A DNA stretch of 64,000 bases from a virus: the IMG/VR virus record IMGVR_UViG_3300045988_115953; one strand, 5' to 3'. This document shows positions 1 to 10,098 of the stretch, in pieces (the first letter of the stretch is position 1; each line of letters begins with the position of its first letter). The position numbers and the translations under genes were made by a program. The notes beneath the pieces were generated by a model. That model worked only from the letters and a program-made list of their open reading frames with translations, made no database searches and was not told where the DNA came from.

Positions 1-1038
1 AACGCTGCGTCCAAGTTCATAGAGATGGCGCAGTGGAGTGTTGCTCCTTTTATCAAGAAAGACGAGGACTATATGTTTTCGTTCGTAGCGAAGGGTAGCG
101 GTACTCTCAGTGTGTTCATGTGGAATGGCTCTAATCTAAGCATATTCGCCGAGGACAGCGAAAGCGCCACAACGAAGACCGACGTCGATGGTGCACGTAG
201 CTTCAATCTTACAAGCGACTGGAAGCGTTATTGGGTGCATTGGCGTTCAGAGGGCACGGGATTACCTAACTACGCTCTTATACGCTGCGTGCAAGGCAGC
301 AAGGCGTGGGTGACAATTCCGAAGTTGGAGGTCGGTGCAACGCCTACAGACTGGATAGAGGGCAAGAGTGGCTATGTGGAGGACAGTGGCTTGGTGGCGA
401 AGATACTGCGCACGGGCTTTGACATCGAGAACGGCAAGATAACAGCTACGGCTGGTACGTTTGAGGTGCAGGACAACAGAGGAAACACCACAGCAAGGAT
501 AACGGATGACGGCTTCTTTACGGGTTCGGTGTATGCCACGAACGGCTACTTCGACGGTTTGATAAGAAAACTAAAGCGCGTGATTACGAAGGAGAACTTC
601 TACGAGTACTTCGAGAAGGACACCTACTCCGGCATGAGTGACGCATATAATCCGATATGGGACAAGATAGGCTCGAACTTCGTCATACAATCGACTCCCG
701 AGGATGCAGACGGAGTTGCGATGTATCTACAGCTTGCGCTTCCGACAGCTTACCCTATAACGCATCCGTACACTGACGGACGTTACGAGCGGGCGCGTGA
801 AGTGATAGGCAACACTATCATAATCCGCTGCGAGAACGGCAACGGCATCACACTTTACGGTACGTCGAGGACAGCTCCGAACTGGGACAGCGGCGGTGTG
901 GCAAGCTCTCCCTACACGCTCAAGAGCGGCTATGTGGCTTATCTGACGTGCAAGGTGAAGAATACTGGTAGCAGTTCGGAGGAGAGCGGGTATGAGACGA
1001 TATACTGGGAGAGAGTGGTTAGGAAGGCGCTGCCGTAA
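1..1038 (+). CDS. tail-fibre / receptor-binding protein, C-terminal part (frame open to left window edge; first in-window ATG at 25)
   Basis: No stop in frame 1 from nt 1 to TAA 1036-1038. 337+ aa with G/T/W/Y-rich beta-type composition. First of a run of fibre-like genes that ends in the lysis cassette. Confidence 0.55.
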   Translation, partial: NAASKFIEMAQWSVAPFIKKDEDYMFSFVAKGSGTLSVFMWNGSNLSIFAEDSESATTKTDVDGARSFNLTSDWKRYWVHWRSEGTGLPNYALIRCVQGSKAWVTIPKLEVGATPTDWIEGKSGYVEDSGLVAKILRTGFDIENGKITATAGTFEVQDNRGNTTARITDDGFFTGSVYATNGYFDGLIRKLKRVITKENFYEYFEKDTYSGMSDAYNPIWDKIGSNFVIQSTPEDADGVAMYLQLALPTAYPITHPYTDGRYERAREVIGNTIIIRCENGNGITLYGTSRTAPNWDSGGVASSPYTLKSGYVAYLTCKVKNTGSSSEESGYETIYWERVVRKALP

Positions 1039-1193
1039 TGAGCCTCGCTGAGGCTGCTTGCTCGGCTGGCGAATAATAAATAACAATTACTAATTAATAA
1101 ATAATAAAGACGGATGAAGAACATTGTACGAGGCAATGACTTTACGCTGCGGGTATAGAAAGGACATTGTGTAAAAACATAAAATATTAAGAT

Positions 1194-1796
1194 ATGAAAA
1201 AGATACGTATAGGCAATGACATTAACTTCCGATGGACTGTCAAACGTGGCGGAGAGGCAGAAAGCTTTGAGGGGAAAACTGTCAAGGTTCTGCTGCGTAA
1301 TACGTATGGTCATCGTTGTGATATTGACTGGCATACAGAACCAGGCGGTATCATCGCTGGCACGTGCTACGGCTCTACGCAGCATTACCTTGGAGCGTAC
1401 ACCCTCACATTAGTTGAGAACGATGGCGAACGAGGCATGAACACTGTAGATAAAATTGACGTATGGCAGCTTGTGGCACAGCAGGATAGTTCTGTTATGG
1501 AGATTAAAAATGATTGTGTCGGTTCGTCAGTAGAAACCGTCACGGCTCTCATAGAGTCGGAAATAGGCCTTGGCGGAGCAGCGCAAGTGACAATAGATGT
1601 GGAACTAAACGAGGAGTCATACAACGCCATCGCCAATGCGTCCGTAACAAAGGCTATCAAGGAAGTGCGTAAAGATGTTGACTCTTTGAACTTGGAAATG
1701 AAGGAACTGAAACCACGTGTTGAGACGTTGGAAGAAGCTAAATCAGAAGCAATAGACCTAAAGGGCATTGATGATGCCTTTAACGAGAGCATATAG
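1194..1796 (+). CDS. hypothetical virion/tail-fibre-associated protein
   Basis: 200-aa ORF with a coiled-coil-like C-terminus (LNLEMKELKPRVETLEEAKSEAIDLK), co-oriented between fibre genes. No family recognised. Confidence 0.5.
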   Translation: MKKIRIGNDINFRWTVKRGGEAESFEGKTVKVLLRNTYGHRCDIDWHTEPGGIIAGTCYGSTQHYLGAYTLTLVENDGERGMNTVDKIDVWQLVAQQDSSVMEIKNDCVGSSVETVTALIESEIGLGGAAQVTIDVELNEESYNAIANASVTKAIKEVRKDVDSLNLEMKELKPRVETLEEAKSEAIDLKGIDDAFNESI

Positions 1797-1859
1797 CATT
1801 ACAATGAGATTTTTACAATCTATATATCAATGTTTCATTAATTAATTTTTTTAATAATT

Positions 1860-2939
1860 ATGGCAAAGTATTTAGACGAGAATGGTCTGTCAAGACTCGT
1901 TGTGAAGACCAAAGAGTATGCGGATAATTCTTCCGCAGCAGTGAAGACAGCTGTAGATGGCTATACCGTCAACGGCAAAAAGATCAGCACTAACCCAGTG
2001 ATTACAAAGGCTGATGTGGGCTTGGCTAACGTGGACAACGTTAAGCAGATACCTGCATTGGAGAAGGGTGCGGCGAACGGCGTGGCAACTCTCGGCACTG
2101 ACGGCAAACTTACAGCGGCACAGATGCCGGCAATGAAGACGGTTAACGGTGAGAGCGTCGTGGGTTCTGGTGACATCAAAATAGACCTGTCACTCTACAA
2201 GGTTGTCACTGACCTGCCTACGTCAGACATTGATGCCACGAAGATTTACTTGAAGCTTGCTTCAAGCACAGCTGAAAAGAATGTCTACGCGGAGTATATT
2301 TATACTGGTGACACAACGGCAGCATACGACGCATCAAAGTGGGAAAAATTAGGTGAGGCGCAGACATCAATTACCGTGGATGCAGCATTATCTACATCAT
2401 CGACCAATCCGGTTCAGAACAAGGTTGTCAACTCGGCTATCGAGGGTTTGAAGACATCTGTAGGTAACGTACAGTCTGACCTCAATAGCAAAGTACAGGC
2501 CCTTCAGAGTAAGAATGCGACACAGGACACAGAGATTGCAAAGAAGCTAAACGCGTCAGCATACGTAATAGATGCTGCGCTCAATGCCACTTCAACCAAT
2601 CCAGTTCAGAACAAAGCAGTAAATACTGCGCTCGCCAACAAGTTGGACAAGTCATCCTATGTGGTTGATGCCGCTCTTAGCGCATCATCCGCAAATCCAG
2701 TACAGAATAAGGTTGTGAATACTGCGCTTGGACAGAAGGTAAACACCACCACCTTCAACACCGAAATGGCGAAGAAGCTCGACAAAACCACTAAGGCTTC
2801 GGACACCGTTCTCGGTCTTGTACAGACTGGTCATGTCGCTTCAGACGGTGAGCTGCCGCTGAAGGTGGACTCTGACGGAAAGGGCTACGTGGTAATCGAG
2901 TCAATGTCCACAGAGGATATTGACGCATTGTTCAAGTAG
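1860..2939 (+). CDS. tail fibre protein with NPVQNK repeats
   Basis: 359 aa with three copies of (V/I)DAAL-x4-(T/A)NPVQNK(V/A)VN(S/T)A. The N-terminus MAKYLDENGLSRLV resembles the start of the next gene. Confidence 0.75.
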   Translation: MAKYLDENGLSRLVVKTKEYADNSSAAVKTAVDGYTVNGKKISTNPVITKADVGLANVDNVKQIPALEKGAANGVATLGTDGKLTAAQMPAMKTVNGESVVGSGDIKIDLSLYKVVTDLPTSDIDATKIYLKLASSTAEKNVYAEYIYTGDTTAAYDASKWEKLGEAQTSITVDAALSTSSTNPVQNKVVNSAIEGLKTSVGNVQSDLNSKVQALQSKNATQDTEIAKKLNASAYVIDAALNATSTNPVQNKAVNTALANKLDKSSYVVDAALSASSANPVQNKVVNTALGQKVNTTTFNTEMAKKLDKTTKASDTVLGLVQTGHVASDGELPLKVDSDGKGYVVIESMSTEDIDALFK

Positions 2940-3016
2940 TTAGTTTCAGGAGGGTATGTCAGAATACATCTTTTGGGCATACCCTCACTTACTCAAAACC
3001 TATAAAACGTGTAAGT

Positions 3017-4003
3017 ATGAAATATGTAGATGAAAAAGGAATAAAGCGTGCCGTAAGCAAATTGTTAAGTTTAATAAGTAATTGCGCTACAAAGGACGTG
3101 GCGACATCTGAGAATGCAGGCTTGATGTCATCAATGGATAAAAGTAATCTTGACTTTATCTATGATGCTGACAACCGAAAAATTAAAGCTGCTGCAATCC
3201 CTGGTGAAATGAGAGAAGTTCTTGACTTTTCGGGATTTGTGACTGTAACAGTCTCAATGATGGGTGCAGATTATAATGAGGCAATATACTTCAATACGAA
3301 AACGAATACTTTTGTCGCAAAATCGGGATTATACTATTGCGGAACATGGGTAGGGGCAGAAAAATGGGGAGAAGAACTAATCAATGGTGTCAGCCCCGTT
3401 GCAGGAAAAATATATGTCAATGGAGGAGACATGTACAGATGGGACGGTAAAGCCCTGACTTTGCTCAATCCTTCTTTAACAGTTGATACATCGTTGAGCG
3501 ACACGTCGGTCAACCCAGTACAGAACAAGGTAATATACAATGCTTTAGCAGATAAATCTGCAACGTCGCATACACACACCTTGTCAAGCTTGGGTATGTA
3601 TGTAGAACTGCCCAGTACGACCACAGGCGGATGGGAAATGATAGGCAAAGACTATGCGAAGGGTGTTTGGATAAAGGCAGTGCAAGGAGCCATGAATACT
3701 CCATCTTGGTATGTGCCATTCTCTGCGTCGGGGATAGCGTTTGGTGGTGAAGGAACAAAAGCGGTTATATCTTTATCAAGGTCGTCACCGAAGGTGCGTT
3801 TCGCGGCAGGTGCTTCATCTTCTCCACAATGGTGGCTTGGTTTGAGAGGAAAAAAAGATAAGGAGTATGATCTTAACAATATACCGACAGGGAAAATGGC
3901 AGCGCAGGCAGAATTGTCTTCCTCAGCATCATTGACAACCGTAATAAACGAAGTAAACGCTATTATAAAAGCATTGAAGGCGGCAGGAATAATGAACTCT
4001 TAA
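3017..4003 (+). CDS. tail fibre-like protein (distal / receptor-binding candidate)
   Basis: 328 aa with one copy of the same repeat (VDTSLSDTSVNPVQNKVIYNAL). The N-terminus MKYVDEKGIKRAV parallels that of 1860-2939. Confidence 0.7.
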   Translation: MKYVDEKGIKRAVSKLLSLISNCATKDVATSENAGLMSSMDKSNLDFIYDADNRKIKAAAIPGEMREVLDFSGFVTVTVSMMGADYNEAIYFNTKTNTFVAKSGLYYCGTWVGAEKWGEELINGVSPVAGKIYVNGGDMYRWDGKALTLLNPSLTVDTSLSDTSVNPVQNKVIYNALADKSATSHTHTLSSLGMYVELPSTTTGGWEMIGKDYAKGVWIKAVQGAMNTPSWYVPFSASGIAFGGEGTKAVISLSRSSPKVRFAAGASSSPQWWLGLRGKKDKEYDLNNIPTGKMAAQAELSSSASLTTVINEVNAIIKALKAAGIMNS

Positions 4004-4035
4004 AAAGGGATTTGGCATGGAAAGCTGGCTGGCTG

Positions 4036-4090
4036 ACTGGGAGCTGGGCCTTACTGAGCATACCTAAGCCTCTTTGCGGGGCTGCTTAAT
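4036..4090 (+). repeat. 10-bp-phased RRGCCT array
   Basis: GGGCCT-TACT-GAGCAT-ACCT-AAGCCT-CTTT (4046-4075), then GCGGGGCTGCTTA. Confidence 0.6.
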
Positions 4091-4133
4091 GGGCGCAAAT
4101 AATAAATAATAACTGATAATAATAAATAAGAAG

Positions 4134-4652
4134 ATGACACCTAAGGAATTTTGTAAATGGATGGCTCCTGCGGCTTATAATGCGGACATTTCGCCCGTGT
4201 TTATCATTGCTCAGGCGGCACTGGAGAGCGGATGGGGCAAGAGCGCTATCGGCAAGTATAACGTGTTTGGGATAACGAGAGGCGGGTGGCCTGTGGAGAA
4301 ATGTCTGCTTGTCACAACGCATGAGTATTTCAAGACTAAGACGGTGAGGTTCACGGCGCCGGAGAAGGTGGTGAAGATAGAACATGTGGCTGGCAAGGGT
4401 CTGTATAAGTATACTTGCAAGCGGCTGTTCAGAAACTACGCCACTCTTGGTGAGGCTCTGAGAGACCATGCTGCTGTGCTGAAGAAATCGTGGCCTGAGG
4501 CTTGGGCGTACAGGATGAGTCCTGAGAACTACGTGAAGAAGATACAGGAGGGTCGGAAGAAGTATGCGACGGCTCCGAACTACGTGGAGACGATGGGGAA
4601 GATGTTCGGGACGGTGAGAAAGGCTATGAAGGAGGCTGGACTGAGCTGCTGA
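4134..4652 (+). CDS. endolysin, N-acetylglucosaminidase type (GH73 / FlgJ-like glucosaminidase domain)
   Basis: 172 aa carrying the AQAALESGWGKS motif typical of mannosyl-glycoprotein endo-beta-N-acetylglucosaminidase domains. Followed by holin-like and spanin-like genes. Confidence 0.75.
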   Translation: MTPKEFCKWMAPAAYNADISPVFIIAQAALESGWGKSAIGKYNVFGITRGGWPVEKCLLVTTHEYFKTKTVRFTAPEKVVKIEHVAGKGLYKYTCKRLFRNYATLGEALRDHAAVLKKSWPEAWAYRMSPENYVKKIQEGRKKYATAPNYVETMGKMFGTVRKAMKEAGLSC

Positions 4653-4656
4653 GGGA

Positions 4657-4710
4657 CTGGGCAGCTAAGCCTCACTAAGCCTTTCTGGGCCTCTTTGCTG
4701 AGCTGCTTGG
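4657..4710 (+). repeat. 10-bp-phased RRGCCT array
   Basis: AAGCCT-CACT-AAGCCT-TTCT-GGGCCT-CTTT (4667-4696), then GCTGAGCTGCTTGG. Confidence 0.6.
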
Positions 4711-4781
4711 TTTTTAGGAAGGATTATTCTTTTGCTTGGGATTTTTGTGTTATTTTTGTTAGTATAAAAAAGATTGATTGG

Positions 4782-5258
4782 ATGGTTAATAACTTGACTA
4801 CGGGGACGGGGAAGGCCGTCGTTTTGGGGACAATGGGAGGGGAGGCGCTGTCTGCGCTCTTCGACCTAAGATGGATGTTGGTGCTGATAGTGGTGCTGAT
4901 AGTGGCGGACTTCTGGTTCGGCGTGAGCGAGAGTCTGCATAAACATGAGCATTTCCGCTTTTCGAGAGCGGGCAGAAGAACGTGTAACAAGGCGGTGGAC
5001 TATATCACCTACCTTATATTAGGTTCGGTGCTCGGTCTTGCTATCTTCGAGCCGTTGGGATGGACGAATCATGTGGTGACGGCGGCGGTAGGACTTGGCT
5101 TTGGGTGTGTATGGGAGGTGGACTCGATCGTCGGGCATGTGTGTGAGCTGCACGGCGTGAAGAACAGATTCTCGATAAAGCGCTTCATCATAGCGCTGAT
5201 GAAGAAGAAAGACGAGGACATCGGCGAGGCTGTGGAGGAAGCGATGAAAAAAGAGTGA
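4782..5258 (+). CDS. holin-like membrane protein
   Basis: Start refined to ATG 4782 (MVNNL...). Three hydrophobic helices (LVLIVVLIVADFWFGV, YITYLILGSVLGLAIF, VVTAAVGLGFGCVW) and a charged C-terminal tail. Lies directly after the endolysin. Confidence 0.55.
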   Translation: MVNNLTTGTGKAVVLGTMGGEALSALFDLRWMLVLIVVLIVADFWFGVSESLHKHEHFRFSRAGRRTCNKAVDYITYLILGSVLGLAIFEPLGWTNHVVTAAVGLGFGCVWEVDSIVGHVCELHGVKNRFSIKRFIIALMKKKDEDIGEAVEEAMKKE

Positions 5259-5289
5259 AGGAAGATAAAGTTTTTAAGGAGAAACGGTT

Positions 5290-5835
5290 ATGATGGACGA
5301 ATTATACTGTAAATTTGTAGGAGCGCTGTGGGGGATGTTGCTCTGCCTGATGATCAGTATGCTGGCCGGCTGCGGAGCGAAGAAGCCTGCGGTGCTGACA
5401 AGAACGGACAGCGTGAGGGTGACGAAGGCGGCGAAGGACACTGTGTACTGGGACCGCATAGTGCTGAGATACGTGGAGAGGACGAATACGGACAAGACAG
5501 TGAACAGGGACTCGACGGCTACGACCGTGGACGAAGAGGGAAACGTAAAGAAGACGGAGGCTTGGCACTGGAGGAACAGGTACGTGGAGAACTCGCTGAA
5601 CACGCTAATGAAGGACAGCTTAGAGACGTACAAGGCGATGGTGGACTCGATGGCGAACATTGGCAGAAAAAACAATGACGTGCCTGTGCCGGTGGAGAGA
5701 AAGCTGAGCTGGTGGGAAAGGAACATAGAAAAGCCCATCGCGTCCTGCATCGCTGTCATAATAATAGGCGCTGTGGTTCTGCTGACTCTCAGATATGCGA
5801 GAGGAAGGCTGAAGAGCAGCGGGAAGAAAGAATAA
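5290..5835 (+). CDS. lipoprotein with C-terminal TM helix (unimolecular-spanin-like)
   Basis: N-terminal signal with lipobox MLAG|C, and a C-terminal helix IASCIAVIIIGAVVLLTL followed by a basic tail. Last gene of the lysis cassette. Confidence 0.5.
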   Translation: MMDELYCKFVGALWGMLLCLMISMLAGCGAKKPAVLTRTDSVRVTKAAKDTVYWDRIVLRYVERTNTDKTVNRDSTATTVDEEGNVKKTEAWHWRNRYVENSLNTLMKDSLETYKAMVDSMANIGRKNNDVPVPVERKLSWWERNIEKPIASCIAVIIIGAVVLLTLRYARGRLKSSGKKE

Positions 5836-5924
5836 AAAAAAGGAAATTGTTTGGATTATTAGATATGGTTAATGGCTTTAGTTATTAGTTTTTTAATTTA
5901 AGGTTAATAGATTTGTTTCAGGTG

Positions 5925-5960
5925 AGCCTTGCCCGTCCGTAGAGGATAGGCAAGGCTTTA
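5925..5960 (+). terminator. hairpin terminator after the lysis cassette
   Basis: AGCCTTGCC-N15-GGCAAGGCT (9-bp stem) followed by TTTAAT. Confidence 0.55.
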
Positions 5961-6073
5961 ATAAAATATAAATAATCATAATCTAATGTCTTACTTTCAA
6001 AAATAATTACTAACTTGCGATACCAATCTAAAAAACTAAAAGATACCATTACGTTAAACCAAAATTTCTTATT

Positions 6074-6580
6074 ATGAACGAGGAAGATAAAAAACGTTTC
6101 CTTGCTCTTGTAAAAGGTAAGGACATATCGGAGATTATGTCTTTGTTGGCAGAATCCGGTAATCAGTATTCACGCAGAATACTTCGATTCTTTCGATGGT
6201 TCTGCAAGTGGACTCCATTCTTCATAATGCTAACGCACATGTACGGAATATTCGACTTTAGTCGTAATCAGAAGGAGATGTTCGTGGTGCATAAGGCAAA
6301 CTGGGCGTGCTATGCGTTCATTTATATCATGGTGTATGTGCTGCCGATGGTTATTATTCTCGCATCACGCTTCTTCTGGCTGTGTTGGAAGTATCGCATA
6401 CCGTTCTTCTATTTCTTCGCTGTCAACTCTATACACCTCGTTTACTGGAGTTGGTACACAACGAACGAGATGGTAATGGCGCACTTTGCAATCATGGCGT
6501 TTACGCTGTTGCTGTATGTCTACGGAGCTGTTGACTGGTTCTGTAGTAAGTCGCGCCTCGGCAAAAAGATGTTCAGTTAA
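6074..6580 (+). CDS. multi-pass membrane protein (paralogue of 8879-9286)
   Basis: 168 aa with 4 hydrophobic segments. Shares W(K/V)(Y/W)RIPF(F/L)Y and TLLLY motifs with 8879-9286. Confidence 0.5.
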   Translation: MNEEDKKRFLALVKGKDISEIMSLLAESGNQYSRRILRFFRWFCKWTPFFIMLTHMYGIFDFSRNQKEMFVVHKANWACYAFIYIMVYVLPMVIILASRFFWLCWKYRIPFFYFFAVNSIHLVYWSWYTTNEMVMAHFAIMAFTLLLYVYGAVDWFCSKSRLGKKMFS

Positions 6581-6591
6581 ACAGAAATGCT

Positions 6592-6936
6592 ATGAGAAAG
6601 ATATTTGGCTATAAAATGCTTGGCACGCTGTTGCAGTCGCTTGCTAATTCTTGCTTCAAAGCTGACGAGCAACAGCGCAACGGCGAGAAGGTAACAGCTT
6701 GCGGGATGAGCGATGAAGACATCGAAACGCTCTGTCAAGACATACTTCCGAATATGCTTAACCCGATGATGAGCGCAGAGGAAGTAAAGGACAGATTGGG
6801 CGTGAGCGACGCAACATTAAACAGGATGGTCAAGCGCGGGGACATACCGAACGGAGAATGCAAAAAGCGCGGGCACACACGATACTGGAAGAAGTGGGAC
6901 ATTCTGTGGTTCATAAGAAAGAAGAGAAGCAAGTGA
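6592..6936 (+). CDS. excisionase-type helix-turn-helix DNA-binding protein
   Basis: The C-terminal half (SAEEVKDRLGVSDATLNRMVKRGDIPNG...RYWKKWDILWF) fits the MerR/excisionase-type HTH pattern. Confidence 0.5.
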   Translation: MRKIFGYKMLGTLLQSLANSCFKADEQQRNGEKVTACGMSDEDIETLCQDILPNMLNPMMSAEEVKDRLGVSDATLNRMVKRGDIPNGECKKRGHTRYWKKWDILWFIRKKRSK

Positions 6937-6990
6937 TAGTACCTACTATCACTTTAAGTATCTGACTATCAGTATAATACAAAATCTTTG

Positions 6991-7029
6991 AGCGTGTTAT
7001 GGCTTTATTGGTCGTAACACGCTAATTTT
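6991..7029 (+). terminator. rho-independent terminator
   Basis: AGCGTGTTA-N15-TAACACGCT followed by AATTTT. Confidence 0.55.
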
Positions 7030-7088
7030 GTGCCTGTAACGTTACAGAATAGTGTTAGTTAATATTGAGGATTTAAAAAGATTGTATT

Positions 7089-7820
7089 ATGGAGATGACA
7101 GATGCAAAAGTAGTAGAGAAGAAAATCTACGAAGAGGGGAAGAAGCACGATGAGTATGCTTCTAAAGGTATCGCAGGCACAGGATTGGGTCTTGGCATAG
7201 CTGGTACTGCACTCGGTCTTGGTGCTTGGCTATTTGGCGGTAATCGCAGCGTGTTTGGTTCTCTCGGTGGCAGCAATATGCCTGAGAACGTGAATATCAA
7301 CGCAAACGGCTATGGCGCAAATGCGAATGCTAATCAGCCGACCGCCTTGCAGGTAATGGAGAAGGAATGCGCTGATGAGGTGAAGCTGCTTACCGACATG
7401 TTCGGTTTGAAGCTCGACACCGCTAACAAGTTCTACGCTATGCGTGAGACTGACATCGCAGAGAAGTTCTCTATGTACAAGGGTGCTACAGATGCTATCA
7501 ACGCTGAGAACCGCCGTGCAATGCAGGCTGAGTTCGGTCTTTACAAGTCTCAGATTGATGCGGACTTCGGTCTGTACAAGAATCAGAGAGACCAGTACGA
7601 TGCGTTGCAAGCAAAGTATTGTGACCTCGACAAGAAGGTTGCTATTATGGAAGCCCTCACTCCTTACAAGGAGAAGCTGATGATGGCTTACGTGAACGAG
7701 AAGTGCTGCCGCAAGATTGATGGTGTCCTCGGACTCCAGAGCACTCCTACTGTTACAGTTCTTCCATCCGCAAACTTTTGCGGATGTGCTGCTACATCCA
7801 CTCCCACTACAGGAGCGTAA
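7089..7820 (+). CDS. hypothetical protein with glycine-zipper membrane segment
   Basis: 243 aa containing GIAGTGLGLGIAGTALGLGAWLFGG, then a helical repeat region (FGLYKSQIDADFGLYKNQ). Confidence 0.5.
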   Translation: MEMTDAKVVEKKIYEEGKKHDEYASKGIAGTGLGLGIAGTALGLGAWLFGGNRSVFGSLGGSNMPENVNINANGYGANANANQPTALQVMEKECADEVKLLTDMFGLKLDTANKFYAMRETDIAEKFSMYKGATDAINAENRRAMQAEFGLYKSQIDADFGLYKNQRDQYDALQAKYCDLDKKVAIMEALTPYKEKLMMAYVNEKCCRKIDGVLGLQSTPTVTVLPSANFCGCAATSTPTTGA

Positions 7821-7937
7821 CAAAGCTGTAAGGAAGTCGGTTAGACGGACTAAGAAAAAATGAGTTGGTGAGGGGCGTTTACCCTCGTTGGTGGATGCCC
7901 TCTCACCTCTCTATAACATATCACCAACTTAAAGATA

Positions 7938-8435
7938 TTGATTATGATGAATTTTGGAAACAGCCCATTATTGGATATGGGTACAGGCCAGCAGCAGCCG
8001 CAGATGATGGATGCCGAGCTACAGAAGATGTATGAGGCAATACAGCAGAAGCGAGCATCTATCAATATGCAAGCACAGCAGTCTTCCACCCCTTTATGGG
8101 ATGAGATTGACAAGATTGAAGACAATCTTACAGGCGCACAACGTCAGTACTTGATGCAGAATCAAGAGTACGTTGACAGCTTGCAATATGTGTCTAAGTT
8201 AGTGCAAGACGAGGAATTGCGCATCATACGTCCTCGTATTGAAAGCACTCAGCAAGGACAGGAAGCATTGAAGAAACATCTATCTTTGATGCAAAGACTG
8301 AAAAAAGAGATAGCACAAGCAGAGGAACAAAAATCAGCTATGCTTAACGATTATATGACAAACCATAGTGATAAGACTTGGCAGGAATATCTTGCTATGG
8401 TTCAAGGAACGAAGAAGGGAGGGAACAAGAAATGA
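7938..8435 (+). CDS. hypothetical coiled-coil protein
   Basis: 165-aa Q/E/K-rich ORF whose stop overlaps the next start (ATGA). Confidence 0.5.
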   Translation: MIMMNFGNSPLLDMGTGQQQPQMMDAELQKMYEAIQQKRASINMQAQQSSTPLWDEIDKIEDNLTGAQRQYLMQNQEYVDSLQYVSKLVQDEELRIIRPRIESTQQGQEALKKHLSLMQRLKKEIAQAEEQKSAMLNDYMTNHSDKTWQEYLAMVQGTKKGGNKK

Positions 8436-8863
8436 ACTTACAAAAGCTGAAAGAACGTCTTGCGCCGTCAATAGAAACCTGGATAGACGCAAGAATTGAC
8501 GACATGATAAAAGGCAATCCGTCGCTTGCCATACCTTCTGTGTATATGAAGCGAGCAGCGCACAATATCGTTTGTCGTAACAAGGAAAAATGGGAAGAGA
8601 AAATTGACGATCTATCCCTGTTTGTCGCTGATGAAAATGGAGTTGTTGATGCGGAATCTGTTTTCGAAGACGCGATGCAAATACTGAAAGCGATGGAGAA
8701 AAAGCCTTTTGATATCGGGCTTTTTCATGGCACAATAGGCGAAGGATGTATCTCTATTGATATGCCTGACGGTATTATCTCTGCCTTGTTGTTTGGCAGC
8801 AACAAGAGTATAGCCATTACCACAGATGATATTGCCGAATTAAAGAATATATTAATCATGTAA
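8432..8863 (+). CDS. hypothetical protein
   Basis: Start refined to ATG 8432 (MNLQKLKERL), which overlaps the upstream stop. Confidence 0.5.
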   Translation: MNLQKLKERLAPSIETWIDARIDDMIKGNPSLAIPSVYMKRAAHNIVCRNKEKWEEKIDDLSLFVADENGVVDAESVFEDAMQILKAMEKKPFDIGLFHGTIGEGCISIDMPDGIISALLFGSNKSIAITTDDIAELKNILIM

Positions 8864-8878
8864 GATAAATTTAGCGGT

Positions 8879-9286
8879 ATGAAAACAATACAGACAAATA
8901 CGCTTGCCGAAAAGCTGTTTTGGTTTTACAGAATCGGCATAAGAGTGATACCTATACTCCTTATGGTTTTACACTGGCTGGGTGTGCATTGGTTTCACCA
9001 TAACGCCGCATCAATGGGCTTGGATCTGAACGAGAACGCCGTTTTGGTGGTGTCGTTATACGCATTGGCGTATGTCGTACTGCCTGCCGTTCTGCTGCCG
9101 GCAAGCTTTCTTTTCAAGTTCGGCTGGGTGTGGCGAATACCGTTCCTGTATCTTGCAGGAGTTATTCTGATAAGGTTAGGGCACGGCACGCTGTGTATTT
9201 CCGAAACGACACGGATAGCGGACTATACGCTGATTGTTCTGACGTTGCTGCTGTACGGTCGGGCGTTTACGTTGCAGGATAGATAA
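8879..9286 (+). CDS. multi-pass membrane protein (paralogue of 6074-6580)
   Basis: 135 aa with 4 hydrophobic segments and the shared WRIPFLY / TLLLYG motifs. Confidence 0.5.
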   Translation: MKTIQTNTLAEKLFWFYRIGIRVIPILLMVLHWLGVHWFHHNAASMGLDLNENAVLVVSLYALAYVVLPAVLLPASFLFKFGWVWRIPFLYLAGVILIRLGHGTLCISETTRIADYTLIVLTLLLYGRAFTLQDR

Positions 9287-9295
9287 CAAAAAAAA

Positions 9296-9337
9296 CGCGC
9301 ACGGACAACAAGATGTTACTCCTGCTGCCCGTGCGCG
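9296..9337. terminator. bidirectional hairpin between convergent genes
   Basis: CGCGCACGG-N24-CCGTGCGCG, preceded by an A8 run (a T-run on the minus strand). Confidence 0.55.
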
Positions 9338-9349
9338 GTTGACATCGGT

Positions 9350-10096
9350 CTACTCTCCGAAGTTTTCCGGTCTGTACTCCGGGTTAAGCTGCAACGCATA
9401 CTCTCCTGCGCGGTCGTAGATGCCCTCGTTAGAGAGTTTCGTTATGATATTCTTCGCTGCCTGAACGCTGTCCGCATCGTCGTTGATGTCAATATCCGGC
9501 ATCCCCGGTATCGAGTTGATTACGGACTGCACGGCGTTGTTCCAGTTGTGCTGCAAATCCAGAGCATTGCCTTTGTTGAAGTCCGGGCGCAAGTCTATTC
9601 CTATCCTCTTCTGGATATTGTCAAACAGGTTTCTGAACAGGCTTACCGCAACATCTATCAGCACCATTGCCGCCTCCATACGGGCGATGATTTTGCTCTT
9701 CGGCACATGGTTCTTCAAGAAATAGTTGTCGATGCAGTAATAGAGCGTTTTGACGAGCGGTTTGAGTTCCGCCTCCGACGCGTCAGACAGGTCAAGCCAA
9801 AGCTGATAGCGGTCTGCGAGAACAAAGCGCATCTTCGCATCCCAGGCGTTATATGCGGCAAGAGCCTTGTTGATGCTTTGCTTTGTCTTTTGACGATACA
9901 GCTTCTTGTCCTCTTTAATTGCGCCCAAAGCGTCTATCATAGCTGTCTGGGCAATATTGTACGCCGACCCCATTGTGATGTAATACAGCGAACAATAGCG
10001 GTCAATGCTCTTTAACAATTTCTCTTTCTGCTTTACGCTTGGCGCAATGACATACGGTCGTCTTGGGGTGCGGCTTATTAACTGGCTTGCGTTCAT
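9350..10096 (-). CDS. hypothetical protein
   Basis: Start refined to ATG 10096 (MNASQLISRTP), 248 aa, abuts the upstream stop. Confidence 0.5.
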   Translation of the reverse strand: MNASQLISRTPRRPYVIAPSVKQKEKLLKSIDRYCSLYYITMGSAYNIAQTAMIDALGAIKEDKKLYRQKTKQSINKALAAYNAWDAKMRFVLADRYQLWLDLSDASEAELKPLVKTLYYCIDNYFLKNHVPKSKIIARMEAAMVLIDVAVSLFRNLFDNIQKRIGIDLRPDFNKGNALDLQHNWNNAVQSVINSIPGMPDIDINDDADSVQAAKNIITKLSNEGIYDRAGEYALQLNPEYRPENFGE

Positions 10097-10098
10097 GA

